In this document: positions 39,422 to 48,323 of the stretch, in pieces
Layout of the letters: the number at the start of each line of letters is the position of its first letter
Numbering within the stretch: position 1 is the stretch's first letter
Assembly: GCA_964350985.1 (NCBI GenBank)
Contig: CAYGLK010000001.1
Location: 91,018 to 155,017, forward strand
Length of the DNA: 64,000 bases
Direction of reading: 5' to 3'
Origin: an uncultured Candidatus Saccharibacteria bacterium
GTDB taxonomy: Bacteria; Patescibacteriota; Minisyncoccia; Phycocordibacterales; UBA918
Position numbers and translations under genes: made by a program
The notes under the pieces: generated by a model
Database searches by the model: none
What the model was told of the DNA's origin: nothing
Seen by the model: the letters and a program-made list of their open reading frames with translations, nothing else

Positions 39422-40450
39422 ATGAAAAAGAATACAAAACTTTACGAAACAGTAGCGGCGATGATGGCTTCAGGGAAAGGAATTTTAGCAGCGGATGAAA
39501 GTGATTCTACAGCTGGCAAGCGGTTAGAGATGGTTCATCTGCCAAACGAACCAGAAAACAGGCAGGACTTTAGAGAGATTTTATTTACTGCTCCAGGGAT
39601 CGAAGAATATCTTTCAGGTGTCATTATGTATGATTCTTCAATCAAGAATTTTACTGACGATGGAACTCCATTCCCAGATGTTTTGATTTCAAAGGGAATT
39701 GTCCCTGGGATTAAAGTAGATATGGGAACTGTAGACCTGCAAGGTTTTAAAGGGGAAGTAGTTACTCAAGGGCTCGATAACTTAGCAGAGCGATTTGCTG
39801 AGTACTATGACCTTGGCGCACGTTTTGCAAAATGGAGAGCAGTTATCACTATCGATGAAGAAGAGTCGCCAACTGACGCTTCTATCACCATGAACTGTAT
39901 GATGTTGGCGCGTTATGCCCAGATTGCTCAAGAGGCGGGTATTGTGCCTATGGTAGAGCCAGAAGTAATCTTTGCCGGTGATCATACTCTAGCAAGAGCA
40001 GAAATGGTAACCACGAGAACACTGCAAATTCTTTTTCACACTCTACAGACTTACAAAGTAGATCTAGAAGGTCTGATCTTGAAGTCTTCCATGGTCTTAG
40101 CTGGAGACATGTGTCCAGATCAATCAACTCCAGAACAAGTTGCTAACGCTACACTGCGAACCTTCCACCTATCTGTGCCACATGAAGTGGGAGGAATCGT
40201 TTTCCTTTCTGGTGGTCAGACTGCAAAGCGAGCTACTGAAAACCTAAACACAATGGCAAAGCTTGGTGAACAACCGTGGCCAATTACTTTCTCGTTCTCA
40301 AGAGCGATTGAAGAACCAGTTCTACTTGCTTGGCAAGGTAAGCCTGAAAATGTCAATGAAGCTAAGAAGACTTTGCTTCACGCTTGTAAGATGAATAGTC
40401 TGGCTACTCAGGGGAAGTATGATGCAGCAGCTGATACTGTCCTTAAGTAG
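39422..40450 (+). CDS. fba: class I fructose-bisphosphate aldolase (eukaryote-like family)
   Basis: GKGILAADES, GIKVD, FAKWRAV, VPMVEPEV, ILKSSMV (Schiff-base Lys), FLSGGQ, FSFSRA. Confidence 0.95.
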   Translation: MKKNTKLYETVAAMMASGKGILAADESDSTAGKRLEMVHLPNEPENRQDFREILFTAPGIEEYLSGVIMYDSSIKNFTDDGTPFPDVLISKGIVPGIKVDMGTVDLQGFKGEVVTQGLDNLAERFAEYYDLGARFAKWRAVITIDEEESPTDASITMNCMMLARYAQIAQEAGIVPMVEPEVIFAGDHTLARAEMVTTRTLQILFHTLQTYKVDLEGLILKSSMVLAGDMCPDQSTPEQVANATLRTFHLSVPHEVGGIVFLSGGQTAKRATENLNTMAKLGEQPWPITFSFSRAIEEPVLLAWQGKPENVNEAKKTLLHACKMNSLATQGKYDAAADTVLK

Positions 40451-40455
40451 GGTAA

Positions 40456-40572
40456 ACCTACACAAACGGCACACTTCTTTGTTGTCCTGCGTAAAATATT
40501 ACTCACCGTACATTTAAGTATGGCTCGTAACATTTGACTTGGACGCCTTGAATTGCACTCGTTTGAGCAGGT
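40456..40572 (+). repeat. long covarying hairpin element, family A copy 3
   Basis: ACCTACACAAACG..TTC-tttgtt-GTCC..GTAAAATA..tcac-CGTAC-atttaa-GTATG..GGAC-gcctt-GAA..CGTTTGAGCAGGT; close sequence match to copy 1. Confidence 0.88.
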
Positions 40573-40605
40573 CCAATAAAGAAAAAATAGAAAACAGAAA
40601 TAACA

Positions 40606-40631
40606 AAAAAGTCCCCGTAAGGGGACTTTTT
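40606..40631. terminator. bidirectional terminator
   Basis: AAAAAGTCCCC-gtaa-GGGGACTTTTT. Confidence 0.8.
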
Positions 40632-40689
40632 GGAGATGACTCGGCTATTTATTACGAGTTATGACCTTTTTCTTAGTTTTAGAACTCGA

Positions 40690-40731
40690 GTTCCAGCGAT
40701 TTTCTCAAGGAGAGAAAAAATCGGGAACAAA
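40690..40731. repeat. GTTCC...GGAAC hairpin (family B, copy 3)
   Basis: GTTCCAGCGATTTTCTCAAGGAGAGAAAAAATCGGGAACAAA versus 9710 GTTCCAGTGATTTTCTCAAAGAGGGAAAATCACTGGAACAAA. Confidence 0.75.
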
Positions 40732-40918
40732 GTAAAAAGATCCACCCAACCTTAATTCGCAGTAAACTGACGAAGTAAGGTTGGGTGGAATCAGGGTGTT
40801 TTTTCTAGCAGCTGAAACGGCTCCGCCGCTACTTATATTTTGTCCATTCAAACTCACTGCAAACAGATGAGTTATTCTGGACGAACTAGTAAACAAAAAG
40901 CCCCTAAGGGGCTAATGT

Positions 40919-41098
40919 TTACTTTTTCTGTTTGTAGACAGTGTGTGTCTTAGAAATTGGATTAAATTTCTTAGTTTCGTACTTCTTGCTAGGGTCTTTT
41001 TTGACCTTGTTGTTAAAACGAGTGTAGTAAGTATGACCTTTTCCAACACCTTTCTTATCTCCAACAGAGACCAATTTGACTAGTAAATCTTGTGACAT
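40919..41098 (-). CDS. rpmG: 50S ribosomal protein L33 (zinc-free type)
   Basis: VKLVS...GHTYYT..N......KYETKKFNPISKTHTVYKQ; own terminator at about 40895-40915. Confidence 0.85.
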   Translation of the reverse strand: MSQDLLVKLVSVGDKKGVGKGHTYYTRFNNKVKKDPSKKYETKKFNPISKTHTVYKQKK

Positions 41099-41202
41099 AG
41101 TGGCTCCGATTCTAGCAAATAAAGCAGTTTTAGTCAATTAGTTTACTATTGGTTTAAAACACTATGATATAATTTCAACATTACTTAGTTAGTAGCTATT
41201 TT

Positions 41203-43113
41203 ATGAACCTCACCCTAAAACACCCCCTAACTGCCAAACTAGGACTATCTCTCTTCCTACTCTACCTACTCTTCTCTAGAAGTGCTGTAAAACAAGCAGA
41301 AGCTGCTCCAGTAGCTACAGACTGTAGTCTACCTCTAGATACAGAAGACGGAGAGTACTTCTTATCTGGTAATGTAGTCGGAAACTGTGTTATTACTGCT
41401 AACAACGTTACTATTGATGGACTTGATCTCTATGAGATTAATGGGGATGTTTTAGCTACAAATGCATCTACTACTCAAGATTCTTTTGACATTGTTTTGC
41501 AGAATGTTCTTGTTACTGGTGATGTAAATTCAGTTGGAGCTACTAGCCTTCTGCTTAGTCGTGGTGGAGACATTGATATTACAAACTCTGAAGTACAAGG
41601 TGATATATTAGCAATGGGAGGAACAACAAGTTATTACGGCTTTGTTAATTATTCTGATGGTGGTGTAGTTACTATTACAGATTCTGAAGTAGCTAATATA
41701 AATACAAGTGGAGGGACTAATTTAAATTCCGGTTACGGTTATTATGGTGGAAGGGGAGGAAATGTCACGATTACTGATTCTGATGCAGGTAATATAACTG
41801 CAAATGGTATTGCGAGTTATTTCGGCACCCGTGGAGGAGCAATAGATGTTTCAGATTCAACAGTAGGAGACATTGAGAACGTTGGAGGTGATGGTGATGT
41901 TTCAGGTTATTACGGTGGAAAGGGAGGAGACGTCACTATTACTAATTCTGTCAGCGGGACTATTCTTAATAGAGGCGGAGACGGTGTTACCGCGGGAGAC
42001 GGTGGAGACATAACGATTACTGATGAATCATTTACTGGAGACATCAATGGTTTTGGTGGCGATAGTCTAGGTGTTGCAGATAGTTTTGGAGCTGGTGGAA
42101 GTGGAGGTGCTCTTGTAATCACTGACTCAGAAGCAGGAAATATAAACATCTCTGGAGGTTATATAGATAACGGGTATGGTCATGGTGGAGACGCTACAAT
42201 TACTCGTTCTACAGTTGGAACTGTAACTTCAAATGGAGGGGACGCTTATGATGGAGGAGGAAATGGTGGAGATATGATAATCACTGACTCTACAGTCGGC
42301 ACTGTAAGTTCTCTGGGTGGAGATGGTTATGGATCTGATGGTAATCCAGGAGTTTTAACTCTCACAGACAACGTTCCAACTATCACTGCTCCTGACACCA
42401 CCATCGCTTTTTCTGACACTTTCAGTCCACTAAGTGGAGTAACTGCCACTGACCTCAAAGACGGTAACCTCATCGCTAGTACAACCGCTTCAGGCACAGT
42501 CGCTGTAGCCGCCGGAATATATCCTATAGAATACGAAGTAACAGACTTAGGTACCTCTTTCTTATTTAACTCTGTCGCTACCAGTACTGGTCCAAACACC
42601 ACCACTCTAACCAGACTAGTCACCAGAGAGGCACAAGTATCTTCAGGCGGAGGTGGTGGAGGAAGTAGTACCTCAATTAAGCGTCGAGTGGATGTATTAA
42701 CCAGAGAAGGTGAGGTAGAAAGAGCAGAAGATATTAAAGAAGCACACCCAAGATTCTTTGATAATGTTACCGTCACTCCAACTTTAACTAGCTTCATTAA
42801 TCAAAACCGAGCAATCTTTATCACTGCTCTTGACTTAGGTATAGAACTACCTGAGTTCATCCTGACAATTATCGGCACCAAGCCAGCTTTTTCTCTACCG
42901 ACTCGCGATCTAGATCTAGATATGGAAGGACTAGATGTTGCACAACTCCAAAACTACTTGATCAACAAGGGTTACTCTATCCCAGCTGGATCAACTGGTT
43001 ACTTTGGTACTCAAACCCAATCAGCTTTAGCTCGCTTTCAAGCTGACCACAACATCACACCAGCAGCGGGGTATTATGGACCGAAGACGAGAGCATATCT
43101 CCAAGTTAACTAA
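41203..43113 (+). CDS. secreted glycine-rich repeat surface protein with Ig-like and peptidoglycan-binding domains
   Basis: Signal peptide; about 9 GG.v.ITDS..G.I...GG repeats; PTITA..GVTATD.KDG.L (DUF5011/HYR-like); C-terminal DVAQLQNYL..GYFG..T..AL..FQ...GYYGPKTR (PG_binding_1). Confidence 0.85.
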   Translation: MNLTLKHPLTAKLGLSLFLLYLLFSRSAVKQAEAAPVATDCSLPLDTEDGEYFLSGNVVGNCVITANNVTIDGLDLYEINGDVLATNASTTQDSFDIVLQNVLVTGDVNSVGATSLLLSRGGDIDITNSEVQGDILAMGGTTSYYGFVNYSDGGVVTITDSEVANINTSGGTNLNSGYGYYGGRGGNVTITDSDAGNITANGIASYFGTRGGAIDVSDSTVGDIENVGGDGDVSGYYGGKGGDVTITNSVSGTILNRGGDGVTAGDGGDITITDESFTGDINGFGGDSLGVADSFGAGGSGGALVITDSEAGNINISGGYIDNGYGHGGDATITRSTVGTVTSNGGDAYDGGGNGGDMIITDSTVGTVSSLGGDGYGSDGNPGVLTLTDNVPTITAPDTTIAFSDTFSPLSGVTATDLKDGNLIASTTASGTVAVAAGIYPIEYEVTDLGTSFLFNSVATSTGPNTTTLTRLVTREAQVSSGGGGGGSSTSIKRRVDVLTREGEVERAEDIKEAHPRFFDNVTVTPTLTSFINQNRAIFITALDLGIELPEFILTIIGTKPAFSLPTRDLDLDMEGLDVAQLQNYLINKGYSIPAGSTGYFGTQTQSALARFQADHNITPAAGYYGPKTRAYLQVN

Positions 43114-43184
43114 AATCCTAGGGAGACAAAGCCTTTGAGTCGACTCAAAGGTTTTATCTTAAATTATCACTTAAACACAAAGAG

Positions 43185-43210
43185 TTTATCTATCATTGAG
43201 GATAGATAAA
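43185..43210. promoter_or_regulatory. TATCTATC-N6-GATAGATA site 5
   Basis: TTTATCTATC-attgag-GATAGATAAA, exact reverse complement of 25465-25490. Confidence 0.7.
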
Positions 43211-43379
43211 ATTAAATTTACATAGGACTTTCCTATGTCTTTAATTAGCTTCAGAAATTATTTTTTGACTCCAAGTATTCAACAATATTTTCTAATATTC
43301 TGGACTCGAATATTCGGCTGCGTGTTATCATAAATGTGAGCTGTTTTTTTAAATTTTAATATTTTCAGCTTGGTAAATA

Positions 43380-44603
43380 ATGAAAGTACTAACATTTGGT
43401 TGGGACTTTCCGCCATCTAAAAATGGCGGTTTAGGTGTAGCGTGTTTTGGTCTAACACGAGAGCTGATCCACGAAGGTGTGGAAGTTATTTTTGTATTGC
43501 CAAAAAAACAAGAGACTATTGGGAATACTAGATTTGTCTTTGCTGACTTGGCTAAGAATGTTTCAGTCAGAGAAGTAGATTCATTGCTACAGCCATACAA
43601 TGCTGCCGCTAGTGAAGTTCAGTATATCGAGTCATATGATAGTAATGGAAATCCGATTATTAAATCAAGAACAATTCTAGATGAAGTACATCGTTTTGCT
43701 CACCAGGCCTCATTGATCGCCAAGCAAGAAAATTTTGATATCATTCACGCCCATGATTGGACTTCCTTCTTAGCTGGAGTTGCTGCAAAAAGATCAAGTG
43801 GTAAACCGTTGATTTTGCATGTTCACGCCACATCTTTTGATCAGGCTGCTGGTGAAAACGTTGATCCAAGTATTTTTAAAATAGAATGTGAGAGTTTTGC
43901 AGAAGCAGATAGAATTGTAACTGTTAGTCAATTTACAAAAAATATTTTAATAAATAAACACGGAGTCAGTTCAGAAAAAATAGAAGTTGTGCATAATGGT
44001 TGTGATACAAATGAACCCGTGCGTTACGAACCAACCTTGTCGGCTCTTAAAGCACAAAATAAAAAAATCGTTCTTTATCATGGACGAATTACTATTCAAA
44101 AAGGGGTGGACTATTTTATTAAAGCGGCTAGAAGAGTAGTAGATATGGATCCAGATGTTATTTTTGTTATTTCCGGTTGGGGTGATATGACAAATCAGAT
44201 TATCAATCAAGTAGGGGAATCAGGTCTCTCTCAACATGTTATTTTTGCCGGCTCATTATGGGAAGAAGAAAGAGATCAGATGTATCAAAGTGTAGATTTA
44301 TTAGTCATGCCTTCAGTATCTGAGCCGTTTGGCCTGGTGCCACTTGAGGCCTTGCAGCACGGAACAGCTTCACTGATATCTAAGCAGTCTGGAGTGGCAG
44401 AAGTTTTAAGTCATGTTCTTAAGGTGGATTTCTGGGACGTTGATCAAATGGCTAACCAGATTTTGTCTGCTTTACGTTACCCGGTACTGCGGTCTCAGAT
44501 TGTTAAAGAGGGCAAGAGGGAGTTATTGAAAATGTCTTGGAAAGAGGCTGCAAACAAGATCTACACGCTTTATAAAAATTTGATAAACTACTTAACAACC
44601 TAG
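43380..44603 (+). CDS. glycosyltransferase family 4 (alpha-glucan synthase-like)
   Basis: GWDFPP...GGLG, IIHAHDW, GRIT.QKG, MPSVSEPFGLVPLEA. Confidence 0.92.
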   Translation: MKVLTFGWDFPPSKNGGLGVACFGLTRELIHEGVEVIFVLPKKQETIGNTRFVFADLAKNVSVREVDSLLQPYNAAASEVQYIESYDSNGNPIIKSRTILDEVHRFAHQASLIAKQENFDIIHAHDWTSFLAGVAAKRSSGKPLILHVHATSFDQAAGENVDPSIFKIECESFAEADRIVTVSQFTKNILINKHGVSSEKIEVVHNGCDTNEPVRYEPTLSALKAQNKKIVLYHGRITIQKGVDYFIKAARRVVDMDPDVIFVISGWGDMTNQIINQVGESGLSQHVIFAGSLWEEERDQMYQSVDLLVMPSVSEPFGLVPLEALQHGTASLISKQSGVAEVLSHVLKVDFWDVDQMANQILSALRYPVLRSQIVKEGKRELLKMSWKEAANKIYTLYKNLINYLTT

Positions 44604-44609
44604 TATCTC

Positions 44610-45998
44610 ATGTTAAGTATCTGTCCTTATTTCCACGTTCATCAACCTTACCGGATAAAAAAATATCGGGTTTTTGATATTGGAAATGATAATGAGTACT
44701 TTAATGATGGTTCAGAAACAGATCTCAATAACCGCCGGATTATTGAGAAGGTAGCCAATAAATCTTATCGACCAACAAACAAAATCCTACAAGAACTTTT
44801 AGATAATCATCCGGAGTTTCGTTTTGCTTTATCGTTTTCAGGAACAGTCTTAGATCAGTTTGAAGCTTACGCACCCGACGTACTGGAGTCATTTCAAAAA
44901 CTAGTTGCTAGTGGACGGGTAGAGATACTAGCCGACACTTACCATCACTCTTTAGCTTTCTTTTATTCTGTTCCGGAATTTGAGCGGCAAGTACTAAAGC
45001 ACCGTAAGAGAATAGAAGACCTCTTTGGAGTTACTCCAAAAGTGTTTAGAAATACTGAGCTTTCGTACAGGAATGATTTGGCAAAATGGTGTGAAGATAA
45101 TGGTTACATAGGCATCATGGCTGAGGGTTGGGAAAAATACCTTGGCTGGCGAAGTCCAAATTTTTTGTACCAACCACCTGGTTGCAAGAAAATAAAAGTC
45201 TTACTCAAGAACTATAAACTCTCAGACGATGTTGCTTTTCGTTTTAGTAACCAAGGCTGGGAAAGTTGGCCGCTTTCAGTTGAAACCTATACAGAGTGGA
45301 TTCATTCACACCATGGCTCAGCTGAAACTATCAATCTTTTCATGGACTATGAGACCTTTGGTGAACATCAATGGGAGGATACTGGTATCTTTAATTTTTT
45401 AAAGACGCTACCACACTTACTAACAACTAGAAGTGACACCTCTTTTAAAACACCAACCGAAACAATTCAACACTATGACTCAGTTGGAGAAATTGATGTT
45501 CCAGATATCTTGACTTGGGCTGACACAGATCGTGACCTGACAGCTTGGACTGGAAATGATATTCAACGAGACGCTATTAAGTCTATTTATTCAATTGAAC
45601 CTCAAGTTCTAAAAACTAGAAAGAAAGATTTGATTGAAAACTGGCGGAAACTTCAAACTTCTGATCACTTCTATTACATGTGTACTAAGTGGTCTAATGA
45701 CGGAGATGTGCACGCATATTTTAGTCCGTACCAATCCCCATATGACGCATATATCGCTTTCATGAATGCCCTAAGTGATTTACAATTAAGAGTAAGTCAC
45801 GCATTACTAGCAAAAGAAGAGCGTGCCAAAGAGCGAGCCTTAAAGAAAGAAAAAACAGTTGAATTTTCTACCCCAATACCTCCAGAAAAATCAATTGTTA
45901 TCAGTCCAAATATTTCATTCTGGCAAAAGCTCAAAGGAAAAATCAGTCAAAGTTTAAGTTGGATAAGTTCTTTAGTAGAAAAAGTAAAGCCAAAGTAA
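44610..45998 (+). CDS. glycoside hydrolase family 57 (alpha-amylase-like)
   Basis: FHVHQP, FRNTEL, LSDDVAFRFS, FMDYETFGEHQW, LQTSDHFYYM. Confidence 0.94.
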   Translation: MLSICPYFHVHQPYRIKKYRVFDIGNDNEYFNDGSETDLNNRRIIEKVANKSYRPTNKILQELLDNHPEFRFALSFSGTVLDQFEAYAPDVLESFQKLVASGRVEILADTYHHSLAFFYSVPEFERQVLKHRKRIEDLFGVTPKVFRNTELSYRNDLAKWCEDNGYIGIMAEGWEKYLGWRSPNFLYQPPGCKKIKVLLKNYKLSDDVAFRFSNQGWESWPLSVETYTEWIHSHHGSAETINLFMDYETFGEHQWEDTGIFNFLKTLPHLLTTRSDTSFKTPTETIQHYDSVGEIDVPDILTWADTDRDLTAWTGNDIQRDAIKSIYSIEPQVLKTRKKDLIENWRKLQTSDHFYYMCTKWSNDGDVHAYFSPYQSPYDAYIAFMNALSDLQLRVSHALLAKEERAKERALKKEKTVEFSTPIPPEKSIVISPNISFWQKLKGKISQSLSWISSLVEKVKPK

Positions 45999-46017
45999 AT
46001 AAATAGTTCATTATAAT

Positions 46018-46353
46018 ATGCCAAAAAAAGTTTCAGTGACCAAAAAAGCTGTGACCAAAAAAGCTGTCAAGAAAGATACTGCAAAGCGGTCTTTGGTTTA
46101 CGCAAGTAACAAGACATCTTTTTGGGTTAACGATGGCCGGATATTAAATAATTTAAAAGCATTAGAGGATGCTTTTAGTTCAATGAATGCTGAAACTTTT
46201 AAACACCATGTTACTAAAGAAAAAAACGACTTTGCTAACTGGGTAGATGCTGTCTTGGGAGATAGTGTTTGTGCTAACTCATTATTTAAAGCAAAAACAC
46301 CTAAGACCGCAAAAACAGCAGTCACCAAATGTCTAAAAAATTATTCACTGTAG
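46018..46353 (+). CDS. small conserved protein (DUF5752-like) with Lys-rich N-terminus
   Basis: FWVNDG..L.NL..L....F.HHV...KNDFANWV..VLGD; 15-bp tandem repeat 46036-46065 encodes VTKKA twice. Confidence 0.75.
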   Translation: MPKKVSVTKKAVTKKAVKKDTAKRSLVYASNKTSFWVNDGRILNNLKALEDAFSSMNAETFKHHVTKEKNDFANWVDAVLGDSVCANSLFKAKTPKTAKTAVTKCLKNYSL

Positions 46354-46354
46354 T

Positions 46355-48322
46355 ATGTCCAGATCTGTCACAATCGGAAATGGAAAGATGCTCGTTGGGT
46401 TAGATAATAAGGGTCAGTTAAGAGACCTTTACTATCCTCACGTTGGTGAATCTAACCACGTTAGTGGAGCTAGTGGAAATTTTGTGCACCGGGTTGGTGT
46501 TTTTGTCGACGGTGTTTTGTCTTGGCTAGATAGTGATGAGTGGGAAGTGAATATTGGAGCCAATGATAAAGCGGCTGTTGGTACAATGACGGCTATAAAT
46601 AAAAATAAGCAAGTTACTTTAGTATCAAAAGATACTGTCCACAATGAGCAAGATGTTTTTTTGAGAAATTTTACAGTTACCAATGACAGTACCGAGACTA
46701 GAGAGATTAAAGTTTTTTTATCGCAGCAATTTAGAATATCTGAATCTAGACGAGGTGACACAGCTTTTTATGACCCAAGAGTGAAGGCAATTATTCACTA
46801 CAAGGGTAACACTACTTTTCTAGTTAACGCTTTTATCAACAACAACCAATTTACGGAATACAATATTGGTCTTTTTGGAATTGAAGGAAAAGAAGGAACC
46901 TACATGGATGCTGTTGACGGTATATTAGAAAAAAACCCAATTGAACACGGTTCAGTTGATTCGGTTGTTGGTCTTTCAGCTCATTTAAATGGGGGAGAAA
47001 GCGCTGATATTTTTTATTGGATTGTTGTTGCTAATACAATCCCGGAAGTCCACACTCTTGATGAGTATGTTATTAAAGAAACCCCTGAAAGGTTAATTGA
47101 TTCGACTGAAGCCTACTGGGAAGCTTGGCTCGAAAAAGAAGAAAGAGATTTAACCATCTTACCCAAAGCTTTGCGTACTCTGTTTGATAGATCTCTTATT
47201 ATTATGAGAGTGCATGCTGATGAAGAAGGGGGGATAATTGCTTCAAGTGATACCGATATGCTCCACCACGGACGTGATACTTATAGCTACGTTTGGCCGC
47301 GTGATGGTGCTGTTATAGCTGAAGCTCTGGATGTCTCTGGTTATCGTGACGCTGCCAGAAGGTTCTTTACCTTTATGACCAGGTGTATCGAACCAGGAGG
47401 TTATTTGATGCACAAATACCGAACAGACGGTGTGCTTGGAAGTTCTTGGCATCCTTGGATGCAAAACGGTAAGCCGCATTTGCCGATTCAAGAAGATGAA
47501 ACAGCAGCGATAGTTTTTTCTTTGTGGAAATACTACGAACGCAACCGAGACCTGGAGTTTATTGAATCACTTTATAATCCATTTATTGAACCTGCAGCTA
47601 AGTTCATGTCGGAGTATGTTGAATCACTAACTGGCTTACCTCAGGCTTCGTATGATCTCTGGGAGGAAAAATACGGTACATCAACCTATACAACTGCTTC
47701 AGTCTACGCTGCTCTATCAGCCGCTTCTCGTTTTGCGATGATTTTAGGTAAAGAAGATGATTCACGTACTTATCAAGCTATAGCAGAAAGAATGAAGTCA
47801 GCTATTAGTTCAGTTTTGTTTGATGACTCGCTCGGAATGTTTGTTAAACATGTGACACATGAAGAAGACGGAGAGCTTACTTTTGATCGTACTATTGATA
47901 TAAGTAGTTTTTATGGAGTCATTTTGTATGAAGTGTTTGATATTGATGATCCAAAAATTATTAAAGCTGCTAAGAGCATATCTCAAACACTACAAGTACA
48001 TGCCAGTAGTATGGGCTATGTTCGTTATCAAAATGATGCCTACTATCGAATGCAAGATGCCGATAGTCCAAACCCTTGGGTGATAACCACACTATGGATG
48101 GCACATTACCAAATTAAAAAAGCCGTTAAACTAACGGACTTAAAAGAGCCATTAAAGTTGCTTGAATGGACTTGTTCACATGCTTCTCCTGGAGGTGTAT
48201 TAGCAGAACAGATGCACCCAAATACTAGAGAGCACTTATCAACCTCACCACTAATCTGGAGTCATGCGGAGTATGTCTTAGTCGTCGATGCTTATTTGAA
48301 CAAAGTTAAAGAGCTTTCTTAA
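46355..48322 (+). CDS. glycoside hydrolase family 15 (glucoamylase-like)
   Basis: GGIIAS, YSYVWPRDG, QEDETA, DLWEE, LAEQ..PLIWSHA. Confidence 0.93.
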   Translation: MSRSVTIGNGKMLVGLDNKGQLRDLYYPHVGESNHVSGASGNFVHRVGVFVDGVLSWLDSDEWEVNIGANDKAAVGTMTAINKNKQVTLVSKDTVHNEQDVFLRNFTVTNDSTETREIKVFLSQQFRISESRRGDTAFYDPRVKAIIHYKGNTTFLVNAFINNNQFTEYNIGLFGIEGKEGTYMDAVDGILEKNPIEHGSVDSVVGLSAHLNGGESADIFYWIVVANTIPEVHTLDEYVIKETPERLIDSTEAYWEAWLEKEERDLTILPKALRTLFDRSLIIMRVHADEEGGIIASSDTDMLHHGRDTYSYVWPRDGAVIAEALDVSGYRDAARRFFTFMTRCIEPGGYLMHKYRTDGVLGSSWHPWMQNGKPHLPIQEDETAAIVFSLWKYYERNRDLEFIESLYNPFIEPAAKFMSEYVESLTGLPQASYDLWEEKYGTSTYTTASVYAALSAASRFAMILGKEDDSRTYQAIAERMKSAISSVLFDDSLGMFVKHVTHEEDGELTFDRTIDISSFYGVILYEVFDIDDPKIIKAAKSISQTLQVHASSMGYVRYQNDAYYRMQDADSPNPWVITTLWMAHYQIKKAVKLTDLKEPLKLLEWTCSHASPGGVLAEQMHPNTREHLSTSPLIWSHAEYVLVVDAYLNKVKELS

Positions 48323-48323
48323 A

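Noticed and set aside
43380-48322. GT4-GH57-GH15 cluster as a novel system
   Set aside because: A known type of alpha-glucan synthesis and turnover cluster
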